Positions 27,874 to 42,583 of a stretch of 64,000 nt of DNA are shown piece by piece. The notes under the pieces were generated by a model. That model made no database searches. It saw only the letters and a program-made list of their open reading frames with translations, and was not told the origin of the DNA. The DNA is taken from assembly GCA_951406725.2 (NCBI GenBank), contig OX597821.1:107880001-107944000 (forward strand), given 5' to 3'. The first letter of the stretch is position 1, and the number at the start of each line of letters is the position of its first letter. Source of the stretch: Octopus vulgaris (Eukaryota). The translations under genes were made by a program, and so were the position numbers.

Positions 27874-27927
27874 GTATATAGATAGATAGATAGATAAACT
27901 GACAGACAGGTAGATAGGTGGATATAT

Positions 27928-27996
<69 letters not shown>

Positions 27997-28084
27997 AGAC
28001 AGACAGACCAATATATAGATAATTAGACTGACAAACTGATAGACAGTTAGAGGGAGAGAGGGAGGGAAGAGAGAAACAGAGAGA

Positions 28085-28488
28085 GATTTCAAATTTTGGT
28101 ACCACGCCCGCAGTTTCGGGGAAGAGGATAACTCAATTACATCGACCTCAGTGTTCAACTGGGACTTCCTTTATCGACCCCGGAAAGATGAAATACAAAA
28201 TCGATCTCAGCGGAATTTGAACTCGGGACTAAAGATTGACGAAATGCCGCTAAGCATTTTGCTCGTCGTGCTAACGATTCTGCCAGCTCGCCGCCATCAT
28301 GGTTTATAAATATTCTTACCTACTCTAGTCACAAGGCCCGACATTTTGGGGTTGGAGTCCAGTCGATTATACCGACCCTAGTGCATAACTGGTACTTATT
28401 TAATCGAACCCGAAAGAATGAAAGGCAAAGTCGACCTCGGCGGAATTTGAACTCAGAACGTAGCTAACGTTTCTGCTAGCTCGCCGCC
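28085..28488 (-). mobile_element. Two tandem SINE S2 copies
   Basis: Both end CTGC(C/T)AGCTCGCCGCC on the plus strand. Confidence 0.8.
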
Positions 28489-28767
28489 TTACAGATACAA
28501 AATGTTACTAAGATGAGGTTGACAGGGGATACAAATTCTAGTTTTACGAGCCACCTTCAGACTTGAATGCGACTTTATTTTCTCGATCTTGAAAAGATGA
28601 AAGGCAAATTCGATCTGAAAGGAATTTGAACAGAGGTCGGAAATACGCCCAAAGAAACACCACTACACATTTTGTTCGACGCACTGATGATTCTAGAATC
28701 TCGCTATCTTATAATATTTTATATAAGAATGCAATGTAATATATAATTTAATATGTTTTCTAATATA

Positions 28768-29669
28768 CAGGGTTATTGAAAAGTAACTTCCTATTTTAAA
28801 ATACTTATAAATTATTTATTAATTGTAATTTTTTCTCAAATTTTTGTGTTCGTTTTTTCAAAGTAAGAGAATTTTGAATGGCTGAATGCCTGTTCCCAGG
28901 AGATGGGTGTGTCGTCGTGGCCCGCATGAGTGGCCAGCCAGGCGTCCCGACTAAACACCCTGTCACTTCTTTCTTTGGGGTTAGTTAAAGGAACAAATCT
29001 ACTGTACCGAACCAAAGACTTTGGAAGAACTTGAAGGGTGAATAGGAGAAGATATATGTCGTCCACCCAACAAGACTTCCTGGGGAAATCAGTTGACGCA
29101 ATTATAGGGCGACTCTTGAAGCTGGTGGCGACATCTGTAGCCCATATCGAATTTTGAATGAAAAAACTGGGTTATCTCCCCGCTAAAACATCGAGTTAAT
29201 GTGATGACAAAAGAGTTAGATCCTTTCGATCCAGTACTTCAACACATTGTTGACTTATGGACCCCTCAATAGGAATGGTATGATTTGTTATAAAAATATT
29301 ATGATTCAAAACGATGTTTTTTTTTGCTTTATTGAGAGTTATACAATATTTTTAGCTGAAGGAGATAACCAAAATTAACGATATTTCTCGTAAAACGTGG
29401 GACAAAACTGAAAAAATTAATAAAAATGAAAATTGAAAAAGTTGAACACCTAACTGAGTCTCTCTTTAATCTTTAACTCTTTAACTTGTTTCAGTCATAC
29501 TGGAGCACCACCTTTATAGTCGAGCAAATCGATCCCAGAGCTTATTCGTTGTAAGCCTAGTACATTTTCTATTAGTCTCTTTTGCCGAACCGCTAAGTTA
29601 CGGGGATGTAAACACACCAACATCGGTTGTCAAGCGATGCTGGGGGGGGGGGGACAAACAGGCACACAA

Positions 29670-29706
<37 letters not shown>

Positions 29707-30208
29707 CATATACGCACACACATATATATATACATATACGACGTGCTTCTTTCTGCTTCTGTCTACCAAATCCACCCACAAAGCTTTGGTCGGTCCGAGG
29801 CTATAATAGAAGACACTTGCCCAAGGTGCCATGCTGTGGGACTGAACCCGGGGCCATGTGGTTGGTAAGTAAGCTACTTACTACACAGCCACTCCTGCGC
29901 CTATACAATAACATTTTTATTATAATCATACCATTCCTATTGAGGGGAGCCAAAAGTCAACAATGCGTTGAAGTATTGAATCAAAAGGATCTAACCCTTT
30001 TTAATCCAATCTCTTGTCGCCAAATAAACTCAAATTCTTAGAGGAGGAGATAACCCAATTTTTCATGGGGGTGAGATATTAAAAAAGTGACCGAATTTTC
30101 AATAAAACCTCATGCTAAAAGCTTTCTTCTCATATGCATCTTTTTTGTAAAAATTACAAAAAATAAATAATTTATAAATATATAGGGTGTTACTTTTCAA
30201 TCACCCTG
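28768..30208 (+). mobile_element. Decayed Tc1/mariner-superfamily DNA transposon with a nested SINE
   Basis: TIRs CAGGGTTATTGAAAAGTAAC and GTTACTTTTCAATCACCCTG. Transposase relic RWVCRRGPHEWPARRPD*TPCHFFLWG at about 28900-28980 matches the WP.RSPDL.P.DFFLWG motif. Confidence 0.8.
29480..29901 (-). mobile_element. SINE S1, full length
   Basis: Reverse complement of 53321-53693. Confidence 0.9.
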
Positions 30209-30214
30209 TTCAAA

Positions 30215-30590
30215 GGTGCAGGCGTGACTGTGTGGTAAGAAGCTTACTTCCTAAACCACATGGATCCGGGTTCAGTCTCAATGTAGTGCAAATATTTTCT
30301 ACTATAAACTCGGCCGACCGAAGACTTATTAATGGATTTGGAAGACAGAAACGAAACAACTCAAACCTATGTCCATATATCTATTTTTGTGTGTCTTTGT
30401 ATCTGTGTTTGTCCCTCACCACAAACTGGCAACCGGTATTGGTGTGTTAACATCCCTGTAACTTAGCGGTTCAGCATTATAGACTGACAAAATAAGTACA
30501 AGGCTTTAAATACTCTCGTCGATTCATTCAACTAAAAATTTTGTAAGGCGATGCTCCAGCATGACCACATTCTAATGGCTGAAACGAATA
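30215..30590 (+). mobile_element. SINE S1, diverged
   Basis: Head, body and tail are recognisable. Confidence 0.75.
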
Positions 30591-30809
30591 AGAGATTAGA
30601 GGTAAGAAATAAAAATAATGTATGATAAAACATGACTGAGAATATTCTAATATATTATGATTTATTATAATCTATTATAATATATTCATAACACGATGCT
30701 TTTTATTGTATTAATTTTCATTACGTTTTTATTTTTCATATTATTTTCATTTCTGTTGTATTTTTTTTTCGTTTTTCAATGGCTGCCGTTGCTATTTGAT
30801 GTTGATGAA

Positions 30810-30975
30810 AGGAAATTGGGAAATGGCCTCCAAGAAAACATTGGACCGACTCCCGGCGTCACGTTACTTGGCACCGGGAATAGTCCTAAACCCTGTAATT
30901 TGAAGAACGATCACACACTTCTTAAAATGAGTCAGGAAATAACTGAAGACACGTGAAGTTGGTTTCGTTTCGTTT
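30810..30975. promoter_or_regulatory. Candidate enhancer with NF-kB-like, CRE half-site, AP-1/ETS, E-box and IRF-like motifs
   Basis: GGGAAATGGCC 30818, CGTCA about 30857, TGAGTCAGGAAAT 30928, CACGTG 30950, GTTTCGTTTC 30962. Confidence 0.45.
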
Positions 30976-31175
30976 GGCTAACAGCAATGGAGGAGCGGGC
31001 GGCGGGAAAGGGTGGAGGTAGTAGTCGAGTGTTGTTTAAAGAAACAGGACGGCTACTACTACCACCACCTCCACCATCACCAAAACTACTACTACCACCG
31101 CCGCCGACACTACCATTATTATCGTCATCATCATCACCGTCATTGTTTAACCACCATCACCACCACCACCACCAT

Positions 31176-31221
<46 letters not shown>

Positions 31222-31444
31222 GCTGCTGCTGCTACCGATACTGCTGCTGCTGCTGTTGATGGTGATGATGCTGATTCTTCCCGTTCTCTCCCTCTTTTCT
31301 TCTTTCTCCTTGTCTTCCTCCTCCTCCTCCCCCTCATCTTGCTGCTGTTGCTGCTACTATTACTACTACTACCACCACCGTCACCACCATCGCCAAGATC
31401 GCCGCCGATATATATACGTGTGCTTACATGTATGTCTATGTGCA

Positions 31445-31733
31445 TAAATTCAGCCCACGATTGTAAATTCGTGTGTTCAATTCCCAGTGACCTTGAGCAA
31501 GACATTTTACGCCACGTTGCTCCGGTCCACTCAACTGGCAAATATGAGTAGTACCTGTAATTCAAAGGGGCCAGCCTTGTCACATTCTTTATCACGCTGA
31601 ATCTGCCTGAGATGTACGTTAAGAGTACACCTGTCTGTGGAGTACTCAGCCACTTGCACGTTAATTTCACGAACAGGCTGTTCCGTTGATTGGATCGACT
31701 GGAAACCTCGTCGTCGTAACCGACGGAGTGACA
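31445..31733 (+). mobile_element. SINE S3
   Basis: Reverse complement of 13085-13408. Confidence 0.8.
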
Positions 31734-32045
31734 GCTAAATGTGTGTGTGTGTGTGTGTGTGTGTGCGTTTGTCCCCTACACCGCTTCACGATCGGTATGA
31801 GTTTGTTTACGTCTACGTAACCTAGTGGTTCAGCAAACTTACCGATAGAATAACTATGAAACTTTTAGGGTCGGTTTATTTGACTTAACCCTGGAAAGGA
31901 TGAAAGCAAAACAAGCTCAAATATGCGTATATCTTATCTTTAACTCGTTTCAGCCACTGGACAGCGGCCATGCTGGAGCACCGCTTTGGAGCAAAACCAA
32001 ACGCGCGCGCACACACAGACACACACACACACAAATATTTTTTTA

Positions 32046-32420
32046 TTCTTTACTTGTTTCAGTCATTTGATTGCGGCCATGATGAAGCACCGCCTTTAAT
32101 TGAACGAATCAACCCTAGGACTTAGTCTTTGTAAGCATAGTACTTATTCTATCGGTTTCTTTTGCCGAACCGCTAAGTTACAGGGACGTAAACACACCAA
32201 CATCGATTGTCAAGCGATGAGGCGGACAAACACAGACACACAAACATATATACATATATACGGGATTCTTTTTGTTTCCGTCTACCAAATCCACTCATAA
32301 GGCTTCGGTCGGCCCGTGGCTACAACAGAAGACACTTTCCCAAGGTACCATAAAGTGGTACTGAATCCGGAGCCATGTGGTTGGGAAGCAAGTTTCTTAC
32401 CACACAGCCACTCCTGCGCC
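32046..32420 (-). mobile_element. SINE S1, full length
   Basis: Similarity to the other S1 copies. Confidence 0.85.
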
Positions 32421-32436
32421 TATATCTATACATATA

Positions 32437-33081
<645 letters not shown>

Positions 33082-33326
33082 TGTCTATGTGTGTACGATG
33101 GGCTACTTTTAGTTTTCGTCTGCCAAACTAACTCACACGGCTTTTGTAAGACTGGGACTATAGTAAAAGACACTTGCTCAAGTTACCCTGCCAATGGGAT
33201 TGAACTTGGAACCTTGTTGTTGGCCAGCAAGCTTCTTACCACACAGCCACGTACGTCTAATCATTCCATGGAGAATCATTCGTACGCACTGCGCTTATAC
33301 TTCATTAACCCTCACCTCACTACACA

Positions 33327-33392
<66 letters not shown>

Positions 33393-33492
33393 ATCCTCTA
33401 ATTAATTGCCTTTCCAATATATTATTGTCTGACACAATTTCCATTCTAACTCACCGTTCATTACAGTCTGTCTGTCTCTGTCTTTCTCTCTA

Positions 33493-33523
<31 letters not shown>

Positions 33524-33970
33524 CTTTCGCTCTCTCTTTTGCTCTCTCTCTCTCTCTCTTTCTCTCCCTTCCTAGCATCCAGTCCTGAGTCACGAGAAGC
33601 ACCTCTCCCTCATTACATCGATCCACTTCAAGCTCTCCTTCACCTTCGCTTTATCCTCTTCACCTTCGTCCTCCTCTCACCTCCACCTTCCCCTCTTCTT
33701 CCTCCACCCTGTGCTTTTCCTCTTTTTCCTTCCCCTCCTTCGACATCCCAAGCTCAACATTTTATTATTAACAGCCAGGAGAAGAGAAGTATCGCCATTC
33801 TTTCTCGTATTTGAAATTTCCAGACATCAACATCTCCTAGGATACCACATCAAACCATTGCACGCGTGCGGCTGTGTACGTATGTGTATGTAAGTCACTG
33901 TATGAGTGTGTATGCGTGTCTGTATGTGTGTGTGTGTATGCATATTTATATGCATGTATATATATATATG

Positions 33971-34055
<85 letters not shown>

Positions 34056-34091
34056 GAGATGAAGAAAGAGAGGTTGATACATGAACCTACA

Positions 34092-34124
<33 letters not shown>

Positions 34125-34367
34125 AGTGTTAGGTGTGGTGTACAGAAATTGAATATTAAGGAAGAAGTCAGAATTTTTCGGGAAAAAAATGTTTAGTTCT
34201 CCGATATTATTAGCGCTGTCGTTCGTTTCTCGAACTTATCAAATAAAATTTTATGAATGTACAAATAGCTTGTTAATATATATAAAACATGTATTTTGGG
34301 GTGGGAGAGGTAGAAGAAGATAAAAATTTTTTTTTCTGTTTTTGGCTGAGGTTCTATGACAATGCAA

Positions 34368-34446
<79 letters not shown>

Positions 34447-34502
34447 GATTGATACATACATACATACATACATACATACATACATACATACATACATACA
34501 TA

Positions 34503-34820
34503 CAGGGTGATTCAAAAGTTTCCCTACATCGGAAAAAAATATTCTTTTATAAGAAACAGTTTATAAGATCCCCTAGATCCCCTAATTTTACCCCTCTTAA
34601 TTTCTATCTCTGGAGGCATTTGAAAGGCACGGTGTATCGCGGAAAGATAAACGACCTAAACCATTTGAAGGGACGCATCACCAACTCCTTTGCACACGTA
34701 TGTCCTATACGAGTTCACAATAAGTGGGGTAAACGTGTTGCAATGTGTATTCAAAGCAATGGTAACCATATAGAGCCTGTTAAATATAAAAAACTTTTCT
34801 TATAAACTTTTTCTTATAAA
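34503..34820 (+). mobile_element. Internally deleted Tc1/mariner-type transposon
   Basis: TA followed by a CAGGGTG terminus. Translation SPRSPNFTPLNFYLWRHLKGTVYRGKINDLNHLKGRI matches the PRSPDLTPLDFYLWGHLK motif. Confidence 0.8.
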
Positions 34821-34821
34821 A

Positions 34822-34927
<106 letters not shown>

Positions 34928-35317
34928 TGGAGGCACATGACCTAGTAGTTAGAGCAGCGGACTCGTGGTCAAAGGATCGCGGGTTCGGATGAAGTGTGTG
35001 TTTATGCGCGAATACAAACGGAATACAAAATAGAGCTCGTTCACCCTTAGAATTACCGAATAGCCGGTAGTATTACGGTATATATCCAAATCTAGGTTTA
35101 GGCATTCTTCGTGTTAGCATCGAAGTCGATGGTTTTGTTTCTAACGAGGATAGGAAATGTATATCACCTGAAGAAATACAACTGAAAACCGTTATACAGG
35201 TAAACCGTTGCATAATTTAAATCCTGTATATATGAAGATCTATGTTGTATGGAAACATGTGCAGTGATTATTAAATAACAGTCTAATCGTGCTCCTTCTT
35301 GTTGACATTATCTTATT

Positions 35318-35411
<94 letters not shown>

Positions 35412-35413
35412 GT

Positions 35414-35790
35414 AGGCGCAGGAGTGTGTGCGTGGTAATTAGCTTCCTTACCAACCGCATGGTTGCGGGTTCAGTCCCACTGCGTGGAAACTTAGGCAAG
35501 AATCTTCTTCTATAACCTCGTGCCGACCAAAGCCTTGTGAGTGGATTTCGTAGAAGCTCGTCGTATATATATATATGTATATGTTTCTGTGTCTGCGTTT
35601 GTCTCCTCCCCCCACCTCAACATCGCTTCACAAGCGATGCTGGTGTGTTTACGTCCCCGTGACTTAGCGGTCCGTCAAAAGAGATTGCGATTATAAGTAC
35701 TAGGCTTTCAAAGAATAAGTCCTGGGATTGATTTGCTCGACTAAAGGCCATGCTCCAGCATGGCCGCAGTCAAATGAATGAAACAAAAGA
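35414..35790 (+). mobile_element. SINE S1, full length
   Basis: Similarity to the other S1 copies. Confidence 0.85.
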
Positions 35791-36404
35791 ATACATACAT
35801 ATATATATATATATATATATTGGCCTGCTCGCTTAGCCAGCGGAGTGGCGTCATTTGAAGGCTAAAGCAATGCGAAGCGCATTGTGACCAGCGATGTGTA
35901 GAAACATCTGATAGCCTGGTCGGTCACGGTGATCACGGTGATATATACATATATATACTACAGGCTTCTTTCAGTTTCCGTCTACCAAATCCCCTCACAA
36001 GGCTCTAGTAGAAGACACTTGACCAAGGTGCCGTGCAGTAGGATTGAATCCGGAGCCATGTGGTTAGGAAACTAGCTTCTTAACACTACTGCAATATTAA
36101 ATATTTCAAAATTAAAAGCCCTTTTAATGACAAGAAACGATAATCTCTGTTCAGGATTAAGCTTGTCCATCACCAAGATTGGTTTGTTTGCTCTATTTTT
36201 TAATTGTTTTTGTTGTTATTGAAAAGCGTTCGGCTGTGAGTCAGAAGCGACGCGAGGATAACGTTATGAAGTCATTCCTCCTACACATCACGTGATTGTT
36301 TGATTGAAAGCAAATAGAATTTCACTTGCATGAAATAAAATTGCCTTCAGCGAAGGAAAACATTTCAAATATATTGTTGCTATAAATATTATTGGCTCAC
36401 TGGA

Positions 36405-36602
36405 AGAATTCTTAACGCGCCTGGCGAAATGTTTAGCAGGCATTTTGTCCGTCATTGCGTTCTGAAATCAAATTCAGCCGAGTTCAACTTTGCCTTTCAT
36501 CTTTTCGGGATTAATAAAATAATTACCAGTTGAACACTGGGGTCGATGTACTCGACTCATCCCCTCCCCCAAAATTACTGCCCTCGCGGCAAAATTCGAT
36601 AC

Positions 36603-36680
<78 letters not shown>

Positions 36681-37186
36681 CATTATTATTATTATTATTA
36701 TTGAGTGAGGGAGTTGTACATGCCATCAAGGTGACACTGGGGTAAAATATACGAAGCCCAGTATACTCATAACTACCCGTCTGATAAGGGTACACCAAGC
36801 GCATGCATCACAACCATATGTACGCGATATGGTAATCTCATACCAAGATAAACAGCAGATGACCTTGTAAGTGGGGCCTAGTTAGAATTTTCATGAGGTC
36901 GAGTAGACCATCTCGCTCAAAAGGTCCCTGAATAAGGGTTGCTTAAGGATGTTGATCGAACTATCCATATTTCCAAATGCGATTTATCCAAACCCCTAAA
37001 GAATTCTTCTTAACACATCGCTATAATGCTCCAAGGCGGCGAGCTGGCAGAATCGTCAGCATGCCGGGATCGATAAATCTTTTCGGGGTCGATAAATGAA
37101 GTACTACTAAAACACTATGGTCGATGTAATCGACTAGTCCATTCTCACTAAATCTCAGCCCTTGTGACTTTAGTAGAAAGGATTAT
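36405..37186. mobile_element. Cluster: S2 (-, 36405-36604), (ATT)n, (AAT)-tailed repeat (36703-37030), S2 (+, 37034-37186)
   Basis: Similarity to 24620-25612. Confidence 0.75.
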
Positions 37187-37984
37187 TTGTTCCTGCTGTT
37201 TTTGCTGGTGTTGTTGTTATTCCTGTTGCCGTACAACGATGGTGCGTTTTTACTTTCTTCACGTCGTTATTACAATATCTTGCCTTTTCCCATTTTCGTC
37301 GTCGTTATCGTCATCATCACCATCTTGGCTATTTAATCTCGTTGTTGTTGCAATGTTTTCCTTGTAACTATTATTGTCGTTGTCGTTGTTGTTGTTGTTT
37401 TTCTGATTCCTGCTGGAATTGTTGTTTTCGAGTTTCTTACTTACATAATTTATTTGTATATCTGTTTATTTATCGCTTTATTTATTTATTTAAGCCTCCC
37501 CTCTCCATCCGATCCTTTGCTTCCGTTGGTTAATGCTACAGAGCCGCCATTTTGTAGTGCAGTTATCTCTCTTGATCATCAGACTGAAGTGAACACGATA
37601 AAAATTATTAAATTAGCCTGACAATCCCACTGGAACCATCTTCTTGAAGATGGTTGGGAAAGGATGTGTAGATGTGGTCGGGCCTCGAAGGAGGAAAGTG
37701 GTGAAGGAGGGGGTATTTGTATGTCTTACATCTTTTATCTACTCCCGCCTCTCTGCAACTTTCCCACCAACCCAACCGAAATAGCATTTACTCACACATG
37801 CATGTTTCTACACACACACACACTTATACATAAATATATATATATGTATGTATGGATGGATGTATGCATGCGTGTGTGCGTGCGCGCGCGCGTAAATAAG
37901 TGTGTGTGTGTAGAAACATGCATGTGTGAGTAGAAGCTCGTTAGGTTGGGTTGGAACGGTGGTACCGACGGAGTGCCAATTATA

Positions 37985-38552
37985 TTGGTTTGTCCGGAAA
38001 GTTCGTGCCGATTTATAGTAGCTTACTTTTCGACATCTTTTAGAACATGGTTGAGTCCATAAAATAGGATTTCACTGCACCTCCATTTAGAGCACAGTTT
38101 TAGCTATCTTTTCGTGGAAGAAGGTTTATTTTCTGATAACCTGTGTTAATTCTGTAACCCTTTAAATGCAAAGATAAGAAAGTTCATTTTCGGCACTTGA
38201 TGCTTTGGGAACCAGACAAAAATTGCTGCAGCTCGGCTGGGATGTATTACCCCACCCTCCATATTCACCAGATATTGCTCCTTCGGATTTCCACTTACTC
38301 AGGTCTCGGCAAAATAGTCTTAATGGTAAAAATTTCAATTCCTTGGATGACGTAAAAAGATACCTTGATGAATTATTTGCCATGAATCCACCTTAATTCT
38401 GGGAAGAGGGTCTTTTCAAGTTAAAGGAAAGATGGAGATGCATTGTGCAACAAAATGGTTCATATTTGGTTGATTAAAATTGTAATGGAAAGTATTTATT
38501 GACCTTTTACTTACCTTTAAAAATCGGCAGGAACTTTCCGGATTAATCCCAA
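37985..38552 (+). mobile_element. Internally deleted mariner element with transposase C-terminal relic
   Basis: TIRs TTGGTTTGTCCGGAAAGTTCGTGCCGATTT and AAATCGGCAGGAACTTTCCGGATTAATCCCAA flanked by TA. ORF 38205-38396 contains LGWDVLPHPPYSPDIAPSDFHL. Confidence 0.92.
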
Positions 38553-38557
38553 TATAT

Positions 38558-38626
<69 letters not shown>

Positions 38627-38627
38627 T

Positions 38628-38946
38628 GGCACTCCGTCGGTTGCGACTACGAGTGCTCCAGTTAATTCGATTAACGGAACAGCTTACTCGCGGAATTAAC
38701 ATGTAAGTGGCTGAATATTCCACAGATACGCGTACACTTAACAAATTTCGAAGAGAGAGTCAGCACGACACATAACGTGACAAAGCTGGCTCTTTGATAT
38801 ACAGGTGCAGCTCTTTTTATTACCAGCTGAGTGAACTGGATTAACGTGAAATAATGTGTCTTCCCCAAGGACACAATCCGTCGTCAGATATCGAACTCAC
38901 ATCTGTCTGATCGTGAGCCGAATGCTCCAATCAATTAGCCACATGC
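38628..38946 (-). mobile_element. SINE S3
   Basis: Colinear with 13085-13408. Confidence 0.85.
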
Positions 38947-39522
38947 ACACATATAAGTGTGCATGTGTGTTCTCAAAGCAGTGTACAATAAATTCTTAAT
39001 CCTTTTTTATTTTTCGATAGAAAGAAAATTAAAAATCGTTTCACATCAGACAATTGTAAGAGATCCTTAAGGACAACGTGAGGTAATCCCATGAAATCAC
39101 AAAAAATCTGTCATATCATTCACGAATATTACTGGCAAAAATCAACCCCAGAATAATTTCTTGCCTGGTCGGTATGTCGACGACCAAAACATTTTGATCT
39201 ACCAGGTACGCGTAGTGATGGAGATGGTAGGGTTGTGTGTTAAAATCCTAACAGGACAAAGAAAATACGTATCTTTCAAAGAGATAGAAGAGCCCAGCAT
39301 AGGGTCTAGGTCTACCGACAAAAAGCACTGTTTTTTTTTAGAAAATCGCGGTTAGTGCCCAACAGTCCTCGGCGGGATTTGATCTTAGAGCATAATAAAC
39401 TGGAAGAAATTGCAGAAGGTATTTTCAGACGCTCTAGCTATTCTTCATCCGCCTTGTTTCATCATAATAATTATTATGCAGCAAGCATAATAATAGTATA
39501 ATGATAATTTTTATTATGCAGC

Positions 39523-39942
39523 AGGCTGGCAGAAATGTTAGCATGCCGGGCGAAATGCTTAGCGGTATTTCGTCTGCGTTACGTTGTGAGTTCAAATTCC
39601 CCCGGGGTCGACTTTGCCTTTCATCCTTTCGGGGTTGATAAATTAACTACCAGTTACGCACTGGCGTCGATATAATCAACTTAATCCATTTGTCTGTCCT
39701 TGTTTGTTTTCTCTGTGTTTAGCCCCTTGTGGGTAGTAAAGAAATAGGTATTTCATCTGTCGCTACGTTCTGAGTTCAAATTCCGCCGAGGTCGACTTTG
39801 CCTTTCATCCTTTCGAGGTCGATTAAATAAGTATCAGTTACGCACTGGGGTCGATGTAATCGACATAATCCCTTTGTTTGTCCCCTCTATGTTTAGCCCT
39901 TATGTGCAATAAAGAAATAAGAATCGTTAGACGCCGGGCGAA
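39523..39942 (+). mobile_element. SINE S2 head-to-tail dimer
   Basis: The S2 core occurs twice, at about 39570-39748 and 39749-39920. Confidence 0.85.
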
Positions 39943-40007
39943 ATTTCTGTGTACGTGTGTGAGTGTACACACGCACATATACACAGACATGCATACACTC
40001 ACACATA

Positions 40008-40221
40008 TGGGGGTGCTGAAAGTTCCTGGCTTTGAGTAAAAGAAAATACGGAAGGAGCAGTTAATTACGATTTTATTCCACATATTCCCCTCTCAGATTT
40101 ACACACTAATTGCAGCAGTCCTTCAGTTTTTCTAAGCGCTGTAAAAGAACTCTGAAGGTTGAGCCTCCATCCAGGCTTTTCGCGTTTCCCTTAAAGCCAG
40201 GACCTTTTCAGCACCCCTTCG
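40008..40221. mobile_element. Mariner-type MITE
   Basis: TIRs GGGGGTGCTGAAAGTTCCTGGCTT and AAGCCAGGACCTTTTCAGCACCCC with TA flanks. A partial inverted homolog lies at 55953-56110. Confidence 0.85.
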
Positions 40222-40266
40222 TATACATAAAGAGAAAGAAGTGACAGGGGTAGTGCTTCTTTGAAA

Positions 40267-40314
<48 letters not shown>

Positions 40315-40614
40315 AAGAAAGAGAGAGACAGACAGACAGACAGACAGTGACAAAGAGAGAGAGAGAGAGAGAGAAGGGGAGGGAGAAGGGTGGTGGTAAG
40401 AGAGAGAATAAAAGAAAGAGTGTGTGAGAGACAGAGCGGGGAGTGAGACAATGAGGAAACCGAGATTTCGATTCACAGAAATACAATTACTTAGAAAGCT
40501 TACTTATTGAGCTATGAGTTAATCGAATGAAATCTCTTAATTGATTAGCGAGAATCGCAGTTTCTACAGACGTACATATACGCATGCGCACATATGTGTG
40601 AATGAGTGTATATA

Positions 40615-40669
<55 letters not shown>

Positions 40670-40756
40670 TGAGAATTTTAGGGAAAAACAAAAGACGGAG
40701 ACGAGTGTATAAACAACAAACAGCAGTATTAGTTTAACGCTCGGTAAGTGAGAGAG

Positions 40757-40794
40757 TCGTTTACGTTTCGAGCCTAAGCTCTTCAACAGAAAGG
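40757..40794 (-). ncRNA. Minimal hammerhead, family A (core CUGUUGA)
   Basis: CTTT-CTGTTGA-A-GAGC(TTAG)GCTC-GAAAC-GTA-AACG, one mismatch in stem I. Confidence 0.65.
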
Positions 40795-40870
40795 AACACA
40801 GGAATAAACAGGGAGAGAAAATGAAAAAAAGATCTATCATGGCGAAAGAAAAGGAGGGAGAGAAAGAGAC

Positions 40871-40921
<51 letters not shown>

Positions 40922-40938
40922 TGTGTACATATATATAC

Positions 40939-41010
<72 letters not shown>

Positions 41011-41096
41011 AGAATACACGAAAAAAACAAAACACGAAGACAGGTGGTGTAGAAAACAAACAGATGTATTAATATAACGTTCGGGAATTGAAAAAG

Positions 41097-41134
41097 TCTT
41101 TTACGTTTCGAGCCTACGCTCTTCCACAGAAAGG
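41097..41134 (-). ncRNA. Minimal hammerhead, family A (core CUGUGGA)
   Basis: CTTT-CTGTGGA-A-GAGC(GTAG)GCTC-GAAAC-GTA-AAAG. Confidence 0.7.
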
Positions 41135-41475
41135 AACACAGAAAGAACGGAGAAAACAAGGAGAGAAAAAAATGTGTGTAGTGGCTACCTCGATCTATCA
41201 TACACTTATGTGCATGGACATATATATATATATTCATTTAATACCTTAAGTACTTTGGTTGCGACCAAGCTTCAGTAAAGAGTAGCTGCGTGGTAAGTAG
41301 CTTGCTTACCAACCAAATGGTTCCGGATTCATTCCTTCTGCGTGGCACCTTGGGCAAGTATCTTCTACTATGACTTCGGGCCGACTAAAGTCTTGTGAGT
41401 GGATTTGGTAGACGGTAACTGAAAGAAACCCGTCGTATATGAATGTATGTATATATATATACATATATATATATT

Positions 41476-41522
<47 letters not shown>

Positions 41523-41529
41523 ATATATG

Positions 41530-41566
<37 letters not shown>

Positions 41567-41585
41567 ATGTATATATATATATATA

Positions 41586-41655
<70 letters not shown>

Positions 41656-41918
41656 CAATCGTAGATACATAGGAACATATATATATATTAAACACACACA
41701 TATATAAATATATATATATATATATATAACTTACACACACTCGCACACACACACTTATACCAGCATGCACATAGTGCGTATATGTCTGTGTATGAGTGTT
41801 TGTGTGTGTATGTCCCAGCTTATACGTACACACATATATACACATATATACATAACTGTCTGTATTTCTATATACATTATATACGTGTCTATGAATATAG
41901 TTGTGTGTATGTACATAT

Positions 41919-41995
<77 letters not shown>

Positions 41996-42103
41996 GTATC
42001 TATATATATAATGTATATACATATATGTATCTATATATATATATATATATGTATCTATCTATATATGTATCTATCTATATATGTATATATATGTATGTAT
42101 ATA

Positions 42104-42172
<69 letters not shown>

Positions 42173-42243
42173 GTATATACATATGTGGATATGTATATAT
42201 GTATATATATATATATATATATATGAGTATGTATCTATGTATA

Positions 42244-42304
<61 letters not shown>

Positions 42305-42533
42305 ATCCCTACGCGGTGTCTCCGCGTAGGTTTTAACTCGATCAGTGAATTGTTGTTATTTATATAACATGTCTAACAGAGACTCAGAGCTCCATAAATT
42401 CCCCGTAATTGCATAAGCGTCTTTCTTTCCTCGTTCGTTTGCTCCATTATCAGATTTTCAAAAACTAAGAAAAACCAATTATGTCACCCTCTCTCCTCCG
42501 TTCTTCCTCTCTCGCCATCTCTTACCAGTTCTC

Positions 42534-42583
<50 letters not shown>

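Noticed and set aside
30843-30886. miR-96/263-like seed TTGGCAC in a hairpin arm
   Set aside because: The hairpin is only about 44 nt and the rest of the arm does not match mature sequences I recognise.
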